Source: Cyclobacteriaceae bacterium (GTDB lineage Bacteria > Bacteroidota > Bacteroidia > Cytophagales > Cyclobacteriaceae). From it: DNA of 64,000 bases. The stretch is taken from positions 26,321-90,320 of the forward strand of contig JBJXEB010000112.1 of assembly GCA_046155095.1 (NCBI GenBank). The letters run 5' to 3'. Shown piece by piece: positions 38,730-47,714 of this stretch (its first letter is position 1; the number at the start of each line of letters is the position of its first letter). A program made the translations under genes and the position numbers. Under the pieces are notes generated by a model, which did no database searches, was not told the origin of the DNA, and saw only the letters and a list, made by a program, of their open reading frames with translations.

Positions 38730-39271
38730 ATTGGAGAGAAAACTTACCAGCTCTAAAATTTCTTGGAATATTCCTTGGTGTCTATCTGGCGGGCAATTTA
38801 CTGTATGGCTTTTACATAGAATTGAATTACCCATTGGCAGATCATGCTACGATTTGGGTATCCCATCAATCGTCCGTACTCATGAATTTGTTATTTGGCA
38901 CGCAAACGACATCGGTGATGAGTCCCGTTAGCCCCGTTTCTTTGATTTTGGAAAACGGAAAAGTAATCCTTCGAATTTATGAGGGCTGTAATGGCCTCAA
39001 CGTAATGATTGTGTTTGTCGCCTTTATCCTTGCCTTTAGTGGCCCTTCAAAACGAGGTGGCATTTTTATCTTAATCGGACTGGTTGCAATCCATTTGGCA
39101 AATCTTTTTAGGATCACCCTATTGTTTTGGGTGGCGAAGCATTACGAAAGCTACTTTTATTACGTCCACAAATATGTTTTTACGGCCGCGCTCTATGTAA
39201 TTGTGTTAGGGCTATGGTGGATTTGGGTATACAGAATCATGAAGGCAAAAGCCACCCAGTATGAAGGATAG
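38726..39271 (+). CDS. xrtF: Exosortase family protein XrtF
   Basis: IYEGCNGLNV (catalytic Cys), NLFRI (Arg), and HKYVF (His) in a multi-TM protein. Confidence 0.85.
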   Translation: MNWRENLPALKFLGIFLGVYLAGNLLYGFYIELNYPLADHATIWVSHQSSVLMNLLFGTQTTSVMSPVSPVSLILENGKVILRIYEGCNGLNVMIVFVAFILAFSGPSKRGGIFILIGLVAIHLANLFRITLLFWVAKHYESYFYYVHKYVFTAALYVIVLGLWWIWVYRIMKAKATQYEG

Positions 39272-39695
39272 AACTCGAATCGTTCTAATTCTTATTTGCG
39301 GGCTTGCTGCTCTTGCCCTTTTATATGTTTTTCAACGTACTAGCTACGGATTGATTTTGTTCCAGGCACTTGGGTTGACCCCCAATGAAAATTTGATTTT
39401 TATAATCAACAAAACATTACGATTACTGGCTAATGATTTTGTTTGTGTAGTTATGATTTTTTCTATTTTCAAAGAAAAGAATTATCGGCAGGTGACATTG
39501 GCTGTATTTCTTATCGAGTTTGTAGTGATTTTGCCATTTTACTTTTTGCTTAAATTAAATTTAGAAGGAAGCAGCGAACTATCGTCTCCCTTGCTTTCAT
39601 TTATTCACAGGTTGATTGTAAACCCCACCTTAATGATCTTGACGGGAATGGCACTGGCGTACCAAAAATTTGTTTTTCCTACTTTGCGAAAATAA
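39261..39695 (+). CDS. Exosortase F system-associated membrane protein
   Basis: NKTLRLLAND and SFIHRLIVNP motifs, four TM segments, directly downstream of xrtF. Confidence 0.75.
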   Translation: MKDRTRIVLILICGLAALALLYVFQRTSYGLILFQALGLTPNENLIFIINKTLRLLANDFVCVVMIFSIFKEKNYRQVTLAVFLIEFVVILPFYFLLKLNLEGSSELSSPLLSFIHRLIVNPTLMILTGMALAYQKFVFPTLRK

Positions 39696-40792
39696 TGAAG
39701 ATTCAAATCCCACTTTCGCATTCGCCCATAGTCGTAGAGGACTTAGCAAAAGTCCTCAAGGAATTTGAAGGTCAACCGCATGAAGAGATCATCAAGGCTT
39801 TTGAAAGCAAGCTGTGCGAGATAACGGCTAGCCCATTTGCTGTAGCATTAAATTCAGGTACCTCAGCGCTTCATTTGGCTTTAAGTGTGTTGGGAGTATC
39901 AACAGGTGACTTAGTTCCTGTATCTACTTTCACTTACGTAGGATCAGTCAGCCCGATTCGATACCTAGGTGCTCACCCTGTTTTTATTGATAGCGAAGAG
40001 GAAACGTGGAACATGGATCCAGATTTATTGGAAGCTTGTTTACAGGAGTTATCAAGCAAAGGCCAATTGCCCAAAGCCATATTAGTTGTCCACTCTTACG
40101 GCATGCCAGCAAAAATGGATGAACTTACATCTATTTCTAAAAAATTTGAAGTGCCTATCGTTGAAGATGCTGCGGAGGCACTCGGTGCTACGTATAAAGG
40201 CAGGCCAGCGGGCAGCCTAGGCGATATTGGGGTGTTGTCATTCAATAGCAACAAAACCATAACCTCATTTGGGGGGGGGGCATTGCTACTCAAATCCAAA
40301 GAGCAATATGACCGAGTGAAATTTTTAGCTGGCCACTCACGCGAAAACCTTCCATATTATGAACATCATGAGATTGGTTATAACTACCGAATGAGCCCGT
40401 TGAATGCAGCCTATGGCTTGTCTCAACTAGGAAGCATTGACGAAAAGATCAATCAAAGAAGGGCAACGTTTGAGTATTATAAAACCCACTTACAGCCATT
40501 AGGTTTTTCTTTCTTAGATGAGCCAAATGGTTTATTTTCAAGTAGATGGCTTTCCGCTATTCTGCTTAAATCGGGTATGGATCCCTTAAAGATTCAAGCA
40601 AAATTAGCCATGGTGGGAATTGAAACCCGCCCTTTATGGAATCCAATGCATTGCCAGCCTGCGTTTATTGGGGAAAAGACTTATTTGAACGGATTGGCTG
40701 AGGGGCTATTTAAGGCGGGCTTATGCTTGCCATCAGGAGGCAATTTTTCAAAACGGATACTAAATAAGCTCATATCTGAAATCAAGATTTAG
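39695..40792 (+). CDS. PglE-like DegT aminotransferase
   Basis: ALNSGTSALHLAL, EDAAEALG, SFNSNKTITSFGGG, GYNYRMS, and LCLPSG. Confidence 0.88.
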   Translation: MKIQIPLSHSPIVVEDLAKVLKEFEGQPHEEIIKAFESKLCEITASPFAVALNSGTSALHLALSVLGVSTGDLVPVSTFTYVGSVSPIRYLGAHPVFIDSEEETWNMDPDLLEACLQELSSKGQLPKAILVVHSYGMPAKMDELTSISKKFEVPIVEDAAEALGATYKGRPAGSLGDIGVLSFNSNKTITSFGGGALLLKSKEQYDRVKFLAGHSRENLPYYEHHEIGYNYRMSPLNAAYGLSQLGSIDEKINQRRATFEYYKTHLQPLGFSFLDEPNGLFSSRWLSAILLKSGMDPLKIQAKLAMVGIETRPLWNPMHCQPAFIGEKTYLNGLAEGLFKAGLCLPSGGNFSKRILNKLISEIKI

Positions 40793-40834
40793 AATATGTC
40801 TACCCTTTGATTGCCTTAACCAATTAAAAGTGGT

Positions 40835-40853
40835 TACTTTTGAGTTATATTTG
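40835..40853 (+). promoter_or_regulatory. Putative promoter of the T9SS-cargo gene (two tandem TAnnTTTG motifs)
   Basis: TACTTTTG at 40835-40842 and TATATTTG at 40846-40853, 26 nt before the ATG at 40880. Confidence 0.55.
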
Positions 40854-40879
40854 CAATAAAAGTTGATTTAAAGTCTACT

Positions 40880-43800
40880 ATGAGATCATTCAAAGGCGTT
40901 CTAATTGGAAGTTTATTAATCTTGGTTAGCCACCTCAGCATTGCTCAGAGATTTGCAGTTGCTTCAACTGGATGGAGTTCGACTAGCACTTGGTCGGCTT
41001 CAAGAGGAGGGGCATCGGGTGCTTCTGTTCCAACTAGCTCAGATGATGTTTATTTGGATGGGTTCAGTGTAATTTTAGCTGGTGGTACCAATGGTGCGTG
41101 CAATAACTTATATGTTCGTGACGTAACTAACAGCATTAGAGGTGGAGCAGGCACAAACACCATTACAATTTCTGGAGAGCTTGCAGTTCTAGACAACTCC
41201 GATGCGTATGTTATTCCAGTAAATTCAGTCATTCAAAGTTCATCTTCTTTAACTTTCATTTTTATAGCAAATGCTCAGGATGCTGTAAATGTTGATGGTT
41301 GGAGCACATCTGCTTCAATAAGAAAAGTTACATTTAATCCAGGTATTGGTAATACCATTACTCTACCCAATTTTGCAGTTGCTGCCTCGGGTGTATTGAC
41401 AGTTTCATCCGGTACATTGAATTTGACTGGTAACCTACAAGGTGCATCAAGTGCATCAATTTTAGTTAATTCAGGGAGTACATTGCTTGTTTCAAGTGGT
41501 AGTATTAGCGGAAATGGAACTAATTCAACAAAGTTCCCCTCTCTAACGGTCAATGGTACTTTGACTAGTCAGAATAATACAACATCTTTTGTAAACGCTG
41601 ATGTTATTGCGCTTAACTCAGGTAGTGTTTTTAATGTAGGTTATAATGGTTCCAATCAAACTGAAGCTTGGTGGTATCAAAGCATTTCCCCAAGTTCACA
41701 GACAATTGATCCTGCATCAACTTTTAATTTCAACTCTTCTACATCGCAGAATGTTTTTGCTCAATCTTACGGTAATCTTATATTAAGTGGTTCGTCAACG
41801 ACTAAGACTGTTTCTGGAGCAGGTTCTATAAATATCAAAGGAAATCTTTCATTCAGCAATACAAACATTACCTTCACAGTATCTTCTTCCAATCAAGTTA
41901 TCTTTGATGGGACTGGCTCTCAAGGCATCAATGGCGGTGGAACAGCCAATTTCAATGGAGGCCTTCAAGTAAACAAACCTACGGGCATTCTTCTGCTTGC
42001 CCAGAATGTTACCGTTCAGAATGGACTAACCATCGCATCGGGGGGTACTATAGATTTGGGATCGAGTACGTTCACACTATCTGGCAATTTGTCGAATGAT
42101 GGTACCTTTGCTCCTACCAATAGTACAACCATTAATGCTGGAACAACAGCTATTTCAGGTAGCTCTACTACTTCATTTAATAATCTAACCATTAGTCCAT
42201 CTGGGTCGCTATCTGCTCCCAATGGAAATGTCAACATCGCAGGCGATTTTGCAAATAATGGAACCTTCACAGCCAATGCAGGTACATTGGTATTCAATGG
42301 AAGTGCTGCACAGTCTATTACGGGAACTATCTCTGCTAACAACATTACTGTGTCAAATCCTGCTGGTGTCAACAACAACGGAACGCTCACTTTGAACGGC
42401 ATTTTGAATTTGACGGGCACTGGTGCATTCAATGCTAACGGAGCGGGTGCTGGCACATTAACCTTGGCCTCTAACGGGCTTTCTTCTAGTGGCATGATCG
42501 GGGCGCTTAGTATCCCCACTAATTTTAGTGGCACTGTAACGGTCCAGCGCTTTATCAATGGGCCAGGCGATTGGCGTTATTTTTCCATGCCCATCACCAA
42601 TGGAACTGTTGGAACTTGGAAGGCAGCGTTTCCCACTACGGGTAGTTTTTCGGATCCTAGCCCAAATGGGGTCAACGGGGTGATAGATCAAACAGCGGCA
42701 TCCATTTACTATTATGATGCTCCTACCCAAGCCTACGTGGCTGTGGGCAGCGGTATCTCAACTGGTTCTACTACACTTTTCAATACGGTTGGTTATTCGG
42801 CATATACTTATCTGACAGGTAATTTTACAATCAATGCCACGGGCTCCATCGCAAAAGGCACGGTCAATATTCCATTGAATACAACGTCCCCCGGCTGGAA
42901 TCTTGTGCCCAATCCATATCCATCTGCAATAGACTGGAACCTGATGAATCGCACAGGCCTCAGCAATACAATGAACTTAAGGATAACCAACGGAACATTT
43001 GCTACGTATGTGGCTGGTGCTGGCACTTGCACGGGTTGTGGGTTCAACACCAATTGGAGGGGAGAAGTACCAATTGGCCAATCTTTTTGGATAAATTCTA
43101 CCAGTGCCACCAATTTAGGGTTGACAGAGGCAGTAAAAACAACCACGCAACCCACTTTTGTAAGAGAGGCAACAGCAGAAAATTTTGTTCGCATTACATT
43201 GAACTCACCCACTCAAATAGACGATGCTGTAGTAATGTTTAAGCCAGGTGCCTCTGCTAGTTTTGACCCTGCCTATGATGGACCAAAAAGAAAGAACGGA
43301 AATTATATTTCCTCGCTAGGAAGGAACAGTTACATGAATATATCTAGCTACACGAGCGATCCTTTAGCAGACATGGCTATTAATGTATTACCCACACTGG
43401 CTTGCCAAGGTGCAGTAAAGCTTAAAGTGTCGGATGTGCCAGCGGGCAACTATTCCCTAAAATTTACTGAGCTAGAATCGATGAGCTTGGGTTACGCGAT
43501 TCTTTTGAAGGATAATTTTTTAGGGACTCAGCGTACGGTAAGCAACAGCATGGTTTATTCTTTTGATGTGACGGCTGATCCCACTTCATTTGGAGATACT
43601 CGCTTTGAGTTACAGTTTTCTGCTCCCTCCATTTCAACATTAAGTTCACAGTCGTTTACGGCCAATAGCACGTGCTCATCGAGTAATATTGGTTTCCAAC
43701 TTAGCAATTCGCAGCGTGGTATTAACTATCAATTTTTTATGGGCACTAATTCAGTAACCCCAGAAGTATTGGGGAACGATGGAGTTATTTCCTTTTTTGT

Positions 43801-44647
43801 CGACAAAAGCGCGTTGAGCATTGGTGCTAACTCGATTACTGTAAAAGCAACTACCCCAGGCGGGTGTTCCACCATGAATTTTCCTAATATCATCACCTAT
43901 AAATATGATAAGGTATCCGAGGTTTCCAATGTAGTGAATGCTACAAGTTGTGGCCCTGGATCGGTCTCTCTAAAAGTATCCGGAGCTCCATCCGATGGTA
44001 GTTATAGGTGGTATGGTTCCCCAAATAGTACAACTCCTATTGTTGGTGCCACTCAAGATACATTTACAGCTAAGTTAGATTCCACCAAGTGGTTTTATGT
44101 GGCTGCTGTAAATGCGTTGGGTTGCGAAAGTGTTGTAAGAGCTAAAGTAATTGCAGAAGTGGTTAATCTAGTAGTACCCTTGGTAACAATGACTGGAAAC
44201 ATGTTGAGCGTACAAAAAGGCTTGCCAAATCAACAATGGTACAAAGACGGTAATGCAATCAGTGGTGGAACCACTCCAACATTGGATGTTACCAGCTCAG
44301 GTAGCTATAGCGTAACAACAACTGACAAAGGATGCAGTAAGTCATCGGATAACATTGTAATGACAATCACCGCTATTGATGATGGCGTTGAATACGAAAT
44401 AAAGGCTTACCCTAATCCAGTATCTAGCCTTCTGTTTATAAAGATACCATCAACGCAAATTACATCTCTAAAATCAATAGTTATGTTTGATGGCAAGGGG
44501 AGTGTAGTTACATCTAGTGATTCTAATTCTAGTCTTTTAGATGTAGGAGTGAAAACTATCGATATGAGCGAGCAACCAATGGGGTTATACTTAATCAAAT
44601 TTTTAATTGGAAGCGAAGTAAAATCAATTAAGATACTTAAGAGATGA
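40880..44647 (+). CDS. Large T9SS type-A CTD-containing surface protein (beta-helix-like repeats, Ig-like domains)
   Basis: Signal peptide ending LSIA|Q; G/N/T/S-rich repeats; Ig-like YRWY..P; C-terminal AYPNPV...GLYLIK...KILKR CTD. Confidence 0.88.
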   Translation: MRSFKGVLIGSLLILVSHLSIAQRFAVASTGWSSTSTWSASRGGASGASVPTSSDDVYLDGFSVILAGGTNGACNNLYVRDVTNSIRGGAGTNTITISGELAVLDNSDAYVIPVNSVIQSSSSLTFIFIANAQDAVNVDGWSTSASIRKVTFNPGIGNTITLPNFAVAASGVLTVSSGTLNLTGNLQGASSASILVNSGSTLLVSSGSISGNGTNSTKFPSLTVNGTLTSQNNTTSFVNADVIALNSGSVFNVGYNGSNQTEAWWYQSISPSSQTIDPASTFNFNSSTSQNVFAQSYGNLILSGSSTTKTVSGAGSINIKGNLSFSNTNITFTVSSSNQVIFDGTGSQGINGGGTANFNGGLQVNKPTGILLLAQNVTVQNGLTIASGGTIDLGSSTFTLSGNLSNDGTFAPTNSTTINAGTTAISGSSTTSFNNLTISPSGSLSAPNGNVNIAGDFANNGTFTANAGTLVFNGSAAQSITGTISANNITVSNPAGVNNNGTLTLNGILNLTGTGAFNANGAGAGTLTLASNGLSSSGMIGALSIPTNFSGTVTVQRFINGPGDWRYFSMPITNGTVGTWKAAFPTTGSFSDPSPNGVNGVIDQTAASIYYYDAPTQAYVAVGSGISTGSTTLFNTVGYSAYTYLTGNFTINATGSIAKGTVNIPLNTTSPGWNLVPNPYPSAIDWNLMNRTGLSNTMNLRITNGTFATYVAGAGTCTGCGFNTNWRGEVPIGQSFWINSTSATNLGLTEAVKTTTQPTFVREATAENFVRITLNSPTQIDDAVVMFKPGASASFDPAYDGPKRKNGNYISSLGRNSYMNISSYTSDPLADMAINVLPTLACQGAVKLKVSDVPAGNYSLKFTELESMSLGYAILLKDNFLGTQRTVSNSMVYSFDVTADPTSFGDTRFELQFSAPSISTLSSQSFTANSTCSSSNIGFQLSNSQRGINYQFFMGTNSVTPEVLGNDGVISFFVDKSALSIGANSITVKATTPGGCSTMNFPNIITYKYDKVSEVSNVVNATSCGPGSVSLKVSGAPSDGSYRWYGSPNSTTPIVGATQDTFTAKLDSTKWFYVAAVNALGCESVVRAKVIAEVVNLVVPLVTMTGNMLSVQKGLPNQQWYKDGNAISGGTTPTLDVTSSGSYSVTTTDKGCSKSSDNIVMTITAIDDGVEYEIKAYPNPVSSLLFIKIPSTQITSLKSIVMFDGKGSVVTSSDSNSSLLDVGVKTIDMSEQPMGLYLIKFLIGSEVKSIKILKR

Positions 44648-44838
44648 AACAAATGAAGTTGGCTTTTTTCCTTTTGATAATCACTCTATTCCCCTTTGTT
44701 TTAAAGGCGCAACCTGGAGACCCTGGAGGGGGTGGAGTCCCAGGTGTGCCTATTACTGGAATAGAAATCCTTATAGGTGCAGGTGGAGCGTTAGGGCTTA
44801 AGAAAGCATGGGATAACAGAAAGAAAAAAAATAAATAA
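44644..44838 (+). CDS. PID-CTERM-like microprotein (signal peptide, short Pro/Gly spacer, VPITG, TM helix, basic tail)
   Basis: MKQMKLAFFLLIITLFPFVLKA|QPGDPGGGGVPG-VPITG-IEILIGAGGALGL-KKAWDNRKKKNK; ATGA overlap with the upstream gene. Confidence 0.75.
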   Translation: MKQMKLAFFLLIITLFPFVLKAQPGDPGGGGVPGVPITGIEILIGAGGALGLKKAWDNRKKKNK

Positions 44839-44840
44839 TC

Positions 44841-46739
44841 TTGCTTGTCCGTTCAATTCGAAATATAAAAATCCTTCCCCGCTGGGTTATCATATTCATT
44901 GATCTAGCGATTATCTCTTTCTCTTGTTTTTTAGGTTACATCCTTCGCTTTAATTTTTCCCTAACTGACCTTGAGCACAGCAATTTTGTTCAAGGCACAC
45001 TTTTTTACACCTTATTTGGCGCAATTGCTATTTTAAGCACAAGCAGCTACAAAGGAATCATTCGCTACACTGGTCTTCAAGATGGGGTACGAATTATTAT
45101 AATGGTTTTTTTGAATGCGGTACTTTGTTCAATAGCCAATCTTATTTTGCATTACAATTCTATAGGCAACGTGGTGCCTTATTCTGTTATCATTATTAGT
45201 TTTTTATCATCTTCTCTTTTGCTTTTCAACTATAGACTTCTAGTTAAATACTTCTTTGCCTATTATAAGAATGTCATTTTTAAAAAATCAAGAGTACTCA
45301 TATATGGAGCTGGGCAAACGGGAATTATTACAAGGCATGTGATAGACTCCTCTCCAAGAACTCAGACAGTTGGGTTCATAGAAAATGATAGAAACAAAGT
45401 AGGCAAGGTGTTGGATGGTGTGAAGATTTATAAAGCAGATCAAGAGGATATAGAGCAGCTTTTTAAGGATATAGGAGTGGATGAATTGGTCATCACCATA
45501 AAGGATATTTCACTAGAGGAGAAAAATGAATTAGTAGATATATGCATCAAAAACCTGGTTAAAATCCGCACGATACCACCCGTAGAGAAATGGGTGCGCG
45601 GAGAATTGAGTTTCAATCAGATCAAAGAAATCAACATTGAAGATTTGCTTGGACGTGAGTCTATCAAGTTAGATAAGCAAAGCGTTAAATCTGATCTGCG
45701 CGGCAGAAAGGTTCTTATTACGGGTGCAGCAGGATCTATCGGTAGCGAGTTGGTTCGTCAAGTGATGCAGTATGACCCAGGAAGTCTGATACTGATTGAT
45801 CAGGCTGAGTCTGATCTTTATGCCATTGAGAGGGAAATAAAGACTCATGATTCAAGAGCCACTGTAACACTTTACTTGGCAGACATAACCAATCGTGATC
45901 GACTAAAATCAATTTTTGAGTACCACAGGCCAGATTTGGTTTATCATGCTGCTGCGTATAAGCACGTTCCCATGATGGAGAGCAACCCATCAGAGGCTGT
46001 GCTGTGCAACATCCTGGGCACTAAACTTCTAGCAGATCTCTCTGTGGAGTATAAGGTTTCTAAATTTGTAATGATCTCAACAGATAAGGCGGTGAACCCA
46101 ACCAATGTAATGGGCTGCTCTAAGAGAATTGCTGAGATTTATGTTCAATCCTTTAATAATTTTTTAGTTCAAAAAGGAGGCGGTACATCTTTTGTGACCA
46201 CACGCTTTGGAAATGTATTGGGGTCTAATGGATCTGTCATCCCCATGTTCAAGAAGCAAATTCAAAGTGGGGGACCAATCACGGTCACACATCCAGAAGT
46301 GACAAGGTATTTTATGACCATACCAGAGGCATGTCAGTTGGTATTGGAGGCAGGAACAATGGGTAAAGGTGGTGAGATTTTTATTTTTGATATGGGGCAA
46401 GCCATTAAGATTGCTGAATTGGCTAAGAAGATGTTGTACCTTTCTGGACTTGAACCAGGGCGAGATATAGATATTGTATTCACTGGCCTACGCGAAGGTG
46501 AAAAATTGTATGAAGAGTTGTTAAACAAACACGAGAATACTATCAATACTCACCACTCTAAAATCATGATTGCTAAGGTGAAGGAATACGAATATGAGGA
46601 AATCAATAAACTTATAGACTTATTTCATGATCTCGTCTATGATAATAATGAGTTAAAGATGGTTGCTTTGATGAAAGAACTAGTTCCTGAGTATAGAAGT
46701 AATTATTCACGCTACGAAGTTCTTGATAAGGCTGAATAA
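44841..46739 (+). CDS. CapD/PglF/WbpM membrane-bound UDP-GlcNAc 4,6-dehydratase
   Basis: Four N-terminal TMs, IEDLLGRE, GAAGSIGSE, HAAAYKHVP, STDKAVNP, and RFGNVLGSNGSVIP. Confidence 0.92.
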   Translation: MLVRSIRNIKILPRWVIIFIDLAIISFSCFLGYILRFNFSLTDLEHSNFVQGTLFYTLFGAIAILSTSSYKGIIRYTGLQDGVRIIIMVFLNAVLCSIANLILHYNSIGNVVPYSVIIISFLSSSLLLFNYRLLVKYFFAYYKNVIFKKSRVLIYGAGQTGIITRHVIDSSPRTQTVGFIENDRNKVGKVLDGVKIYKADQEDIEQLFKDIGVDELVITIKDISLEEKNELVDICIKNLVKIRTIPPVEKWVRGELSFNQIKEINIEDLLGRESIKLDKQSVKSDLRGRKVLITGAAGSIGSELVRQVMQYDPGSLILIDQAESDLYAIEREIKTHDSRATVTLYLADITNRDRLKSIFEYHRPDLVYHAAAYKHVPMMESNPSEAVLCNILGTKLLADLSVEYKVSKFVMISTDKAVNPTNVMGCSKRIAEIYVQSFNNFLVQKGGGTSFVTTRFGNVLGSNGSVIPMFKKQIQSGGPITVTHPEVTRYFMTIPEACQLVLEAGTMGKGGEIFIFDMGQAIKIAELAKKMLYLSGLEPGRDIDIVFTGLREGEKLYEELLNKHENTINTHHSKIMIAKVKEYEYEEINKLIDLFHDLVYDNNELKMVALMKELVPEYRSNYSRYEVLDKAE

Positions 46740-46757
46740 TCTTTGAAGTGATCTATC

Positions 46758-47657
46758 CTACTTCCTTCTGACTCCACCTTTTTTGTTATAGCGATAATTA
46801 GACTTACGCTTATTTGAATAAGATTTGCGATTGCTACCTCCACCAAAATCCCAAGGCAAGTAATATTCAATCTTAGCGTTTAAAAGTATATAGCCATCAT
46901 TGTTAGTTGGGTCTCCTCGCTTATCTCCTGCTTTAGGAATAACAGATGGATCAATCTCGGCTCTTCTATCCGCTAAAGCTATGGCAGTTGCAGCATCTGG
47001 GCCAGTAAATGCGCTTACGTCTTGGTAGACTGTACTCACATCATCTAAATAGTCAGTAAAAGTTTTTCTAAATCCTGCTTCAAGAGAGATATTGAATTGA
47101 GGTGTGACTTTAAGTCTAAAGCCAAGACCAAATGGAATAGTAGGTGTAACCAAACTATAAGCTACCCCTTCAGTTTGTAAAGACTGGAGGGCATAAGAAG
47201 TTCCTTTATAAGTTGCCTTTGGATTGAAGTACATCAATCCTATTCCTGCAAAGCCGTATACATTATAATTTGGGCGTCTATAGTATCTATCACCATGTGC
47301 AAAAAGATTGACCATACCAACAGCACTCAACTCAAAACAGCTAGATTGAAACGATAAATTTCTTACATTTCTCCCCCCTCCAGTTGCCTCCTTATCATCG
47401 CCAGCTAGCGTAAACCAGTTTACTTCAGCTCGGGCACTTATTCGATTAGTAAAATAATATTGAAGCCCGATATTAATGTTAGGATCAACATTGGGGATAA
47501 CTGTTCTGTTTGCCAAGTCTCCTAAGTAAGTTGACGTACCCAATCCTCCGGTAAGGATTAAAGACCGCTCCCTTTTTGTAGCGTAGAAACTCTGAGCTTC
47601 TGCTAAAAAAGATAATAGTAGCAAGCTTATAACAATGCAGTAAATTTTATTATTCAT
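46758..47657 (-). CDS. Outer-membrane beta-barrel protein (DUF6089/PorG-like)
   Basis: Signal peptide, YLGDL, RNLSF, LQTEG, PFGLG, FRKTFTDYLDDVS, and RGDP..NDGY. Confidence 0.75.
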   Translation of the reverse strand: MNNKIYCIVISLLLLSFLAEAQSFYATKRERSLILTGGLGTSTYLGDLANRTVIPNVDPNINIGLQYYFTNRISARAEVNWFTLAGDDKEATGGGRNVRNLSFQSSCFELSAVGMVNLFAHGDRYYRRPNYNVYGFAGIGLMYFNPKATYKGTSYALQSLQTEGVAYSLVTPTIPFGLGFRLKVTPQFNISLEAGFRKTFTDYLDDVSTVYQDVSAFTGPDAATAIALADRRAEIDPSVIPKAGDKRGDPTNNDGYILLNAKIEYYLPWDFGGGSNRKSYSNKRKSNYRYNKKGGVRRK

Positions 47658-47714
47658 GATTAGCCAATTTTGCCGCTAATTTATGCAAAATGTATCAATA
47701 AGGAAACCAATTAC

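Noticed and set aside
41050-43649. Several minus-strand ORFs (e.g. 42016..42558, 42808..43212)
   Set aside because: Antisense shadows of the T9SS gene, produced by its biased Gly/Thr/Asn/Ser codons.
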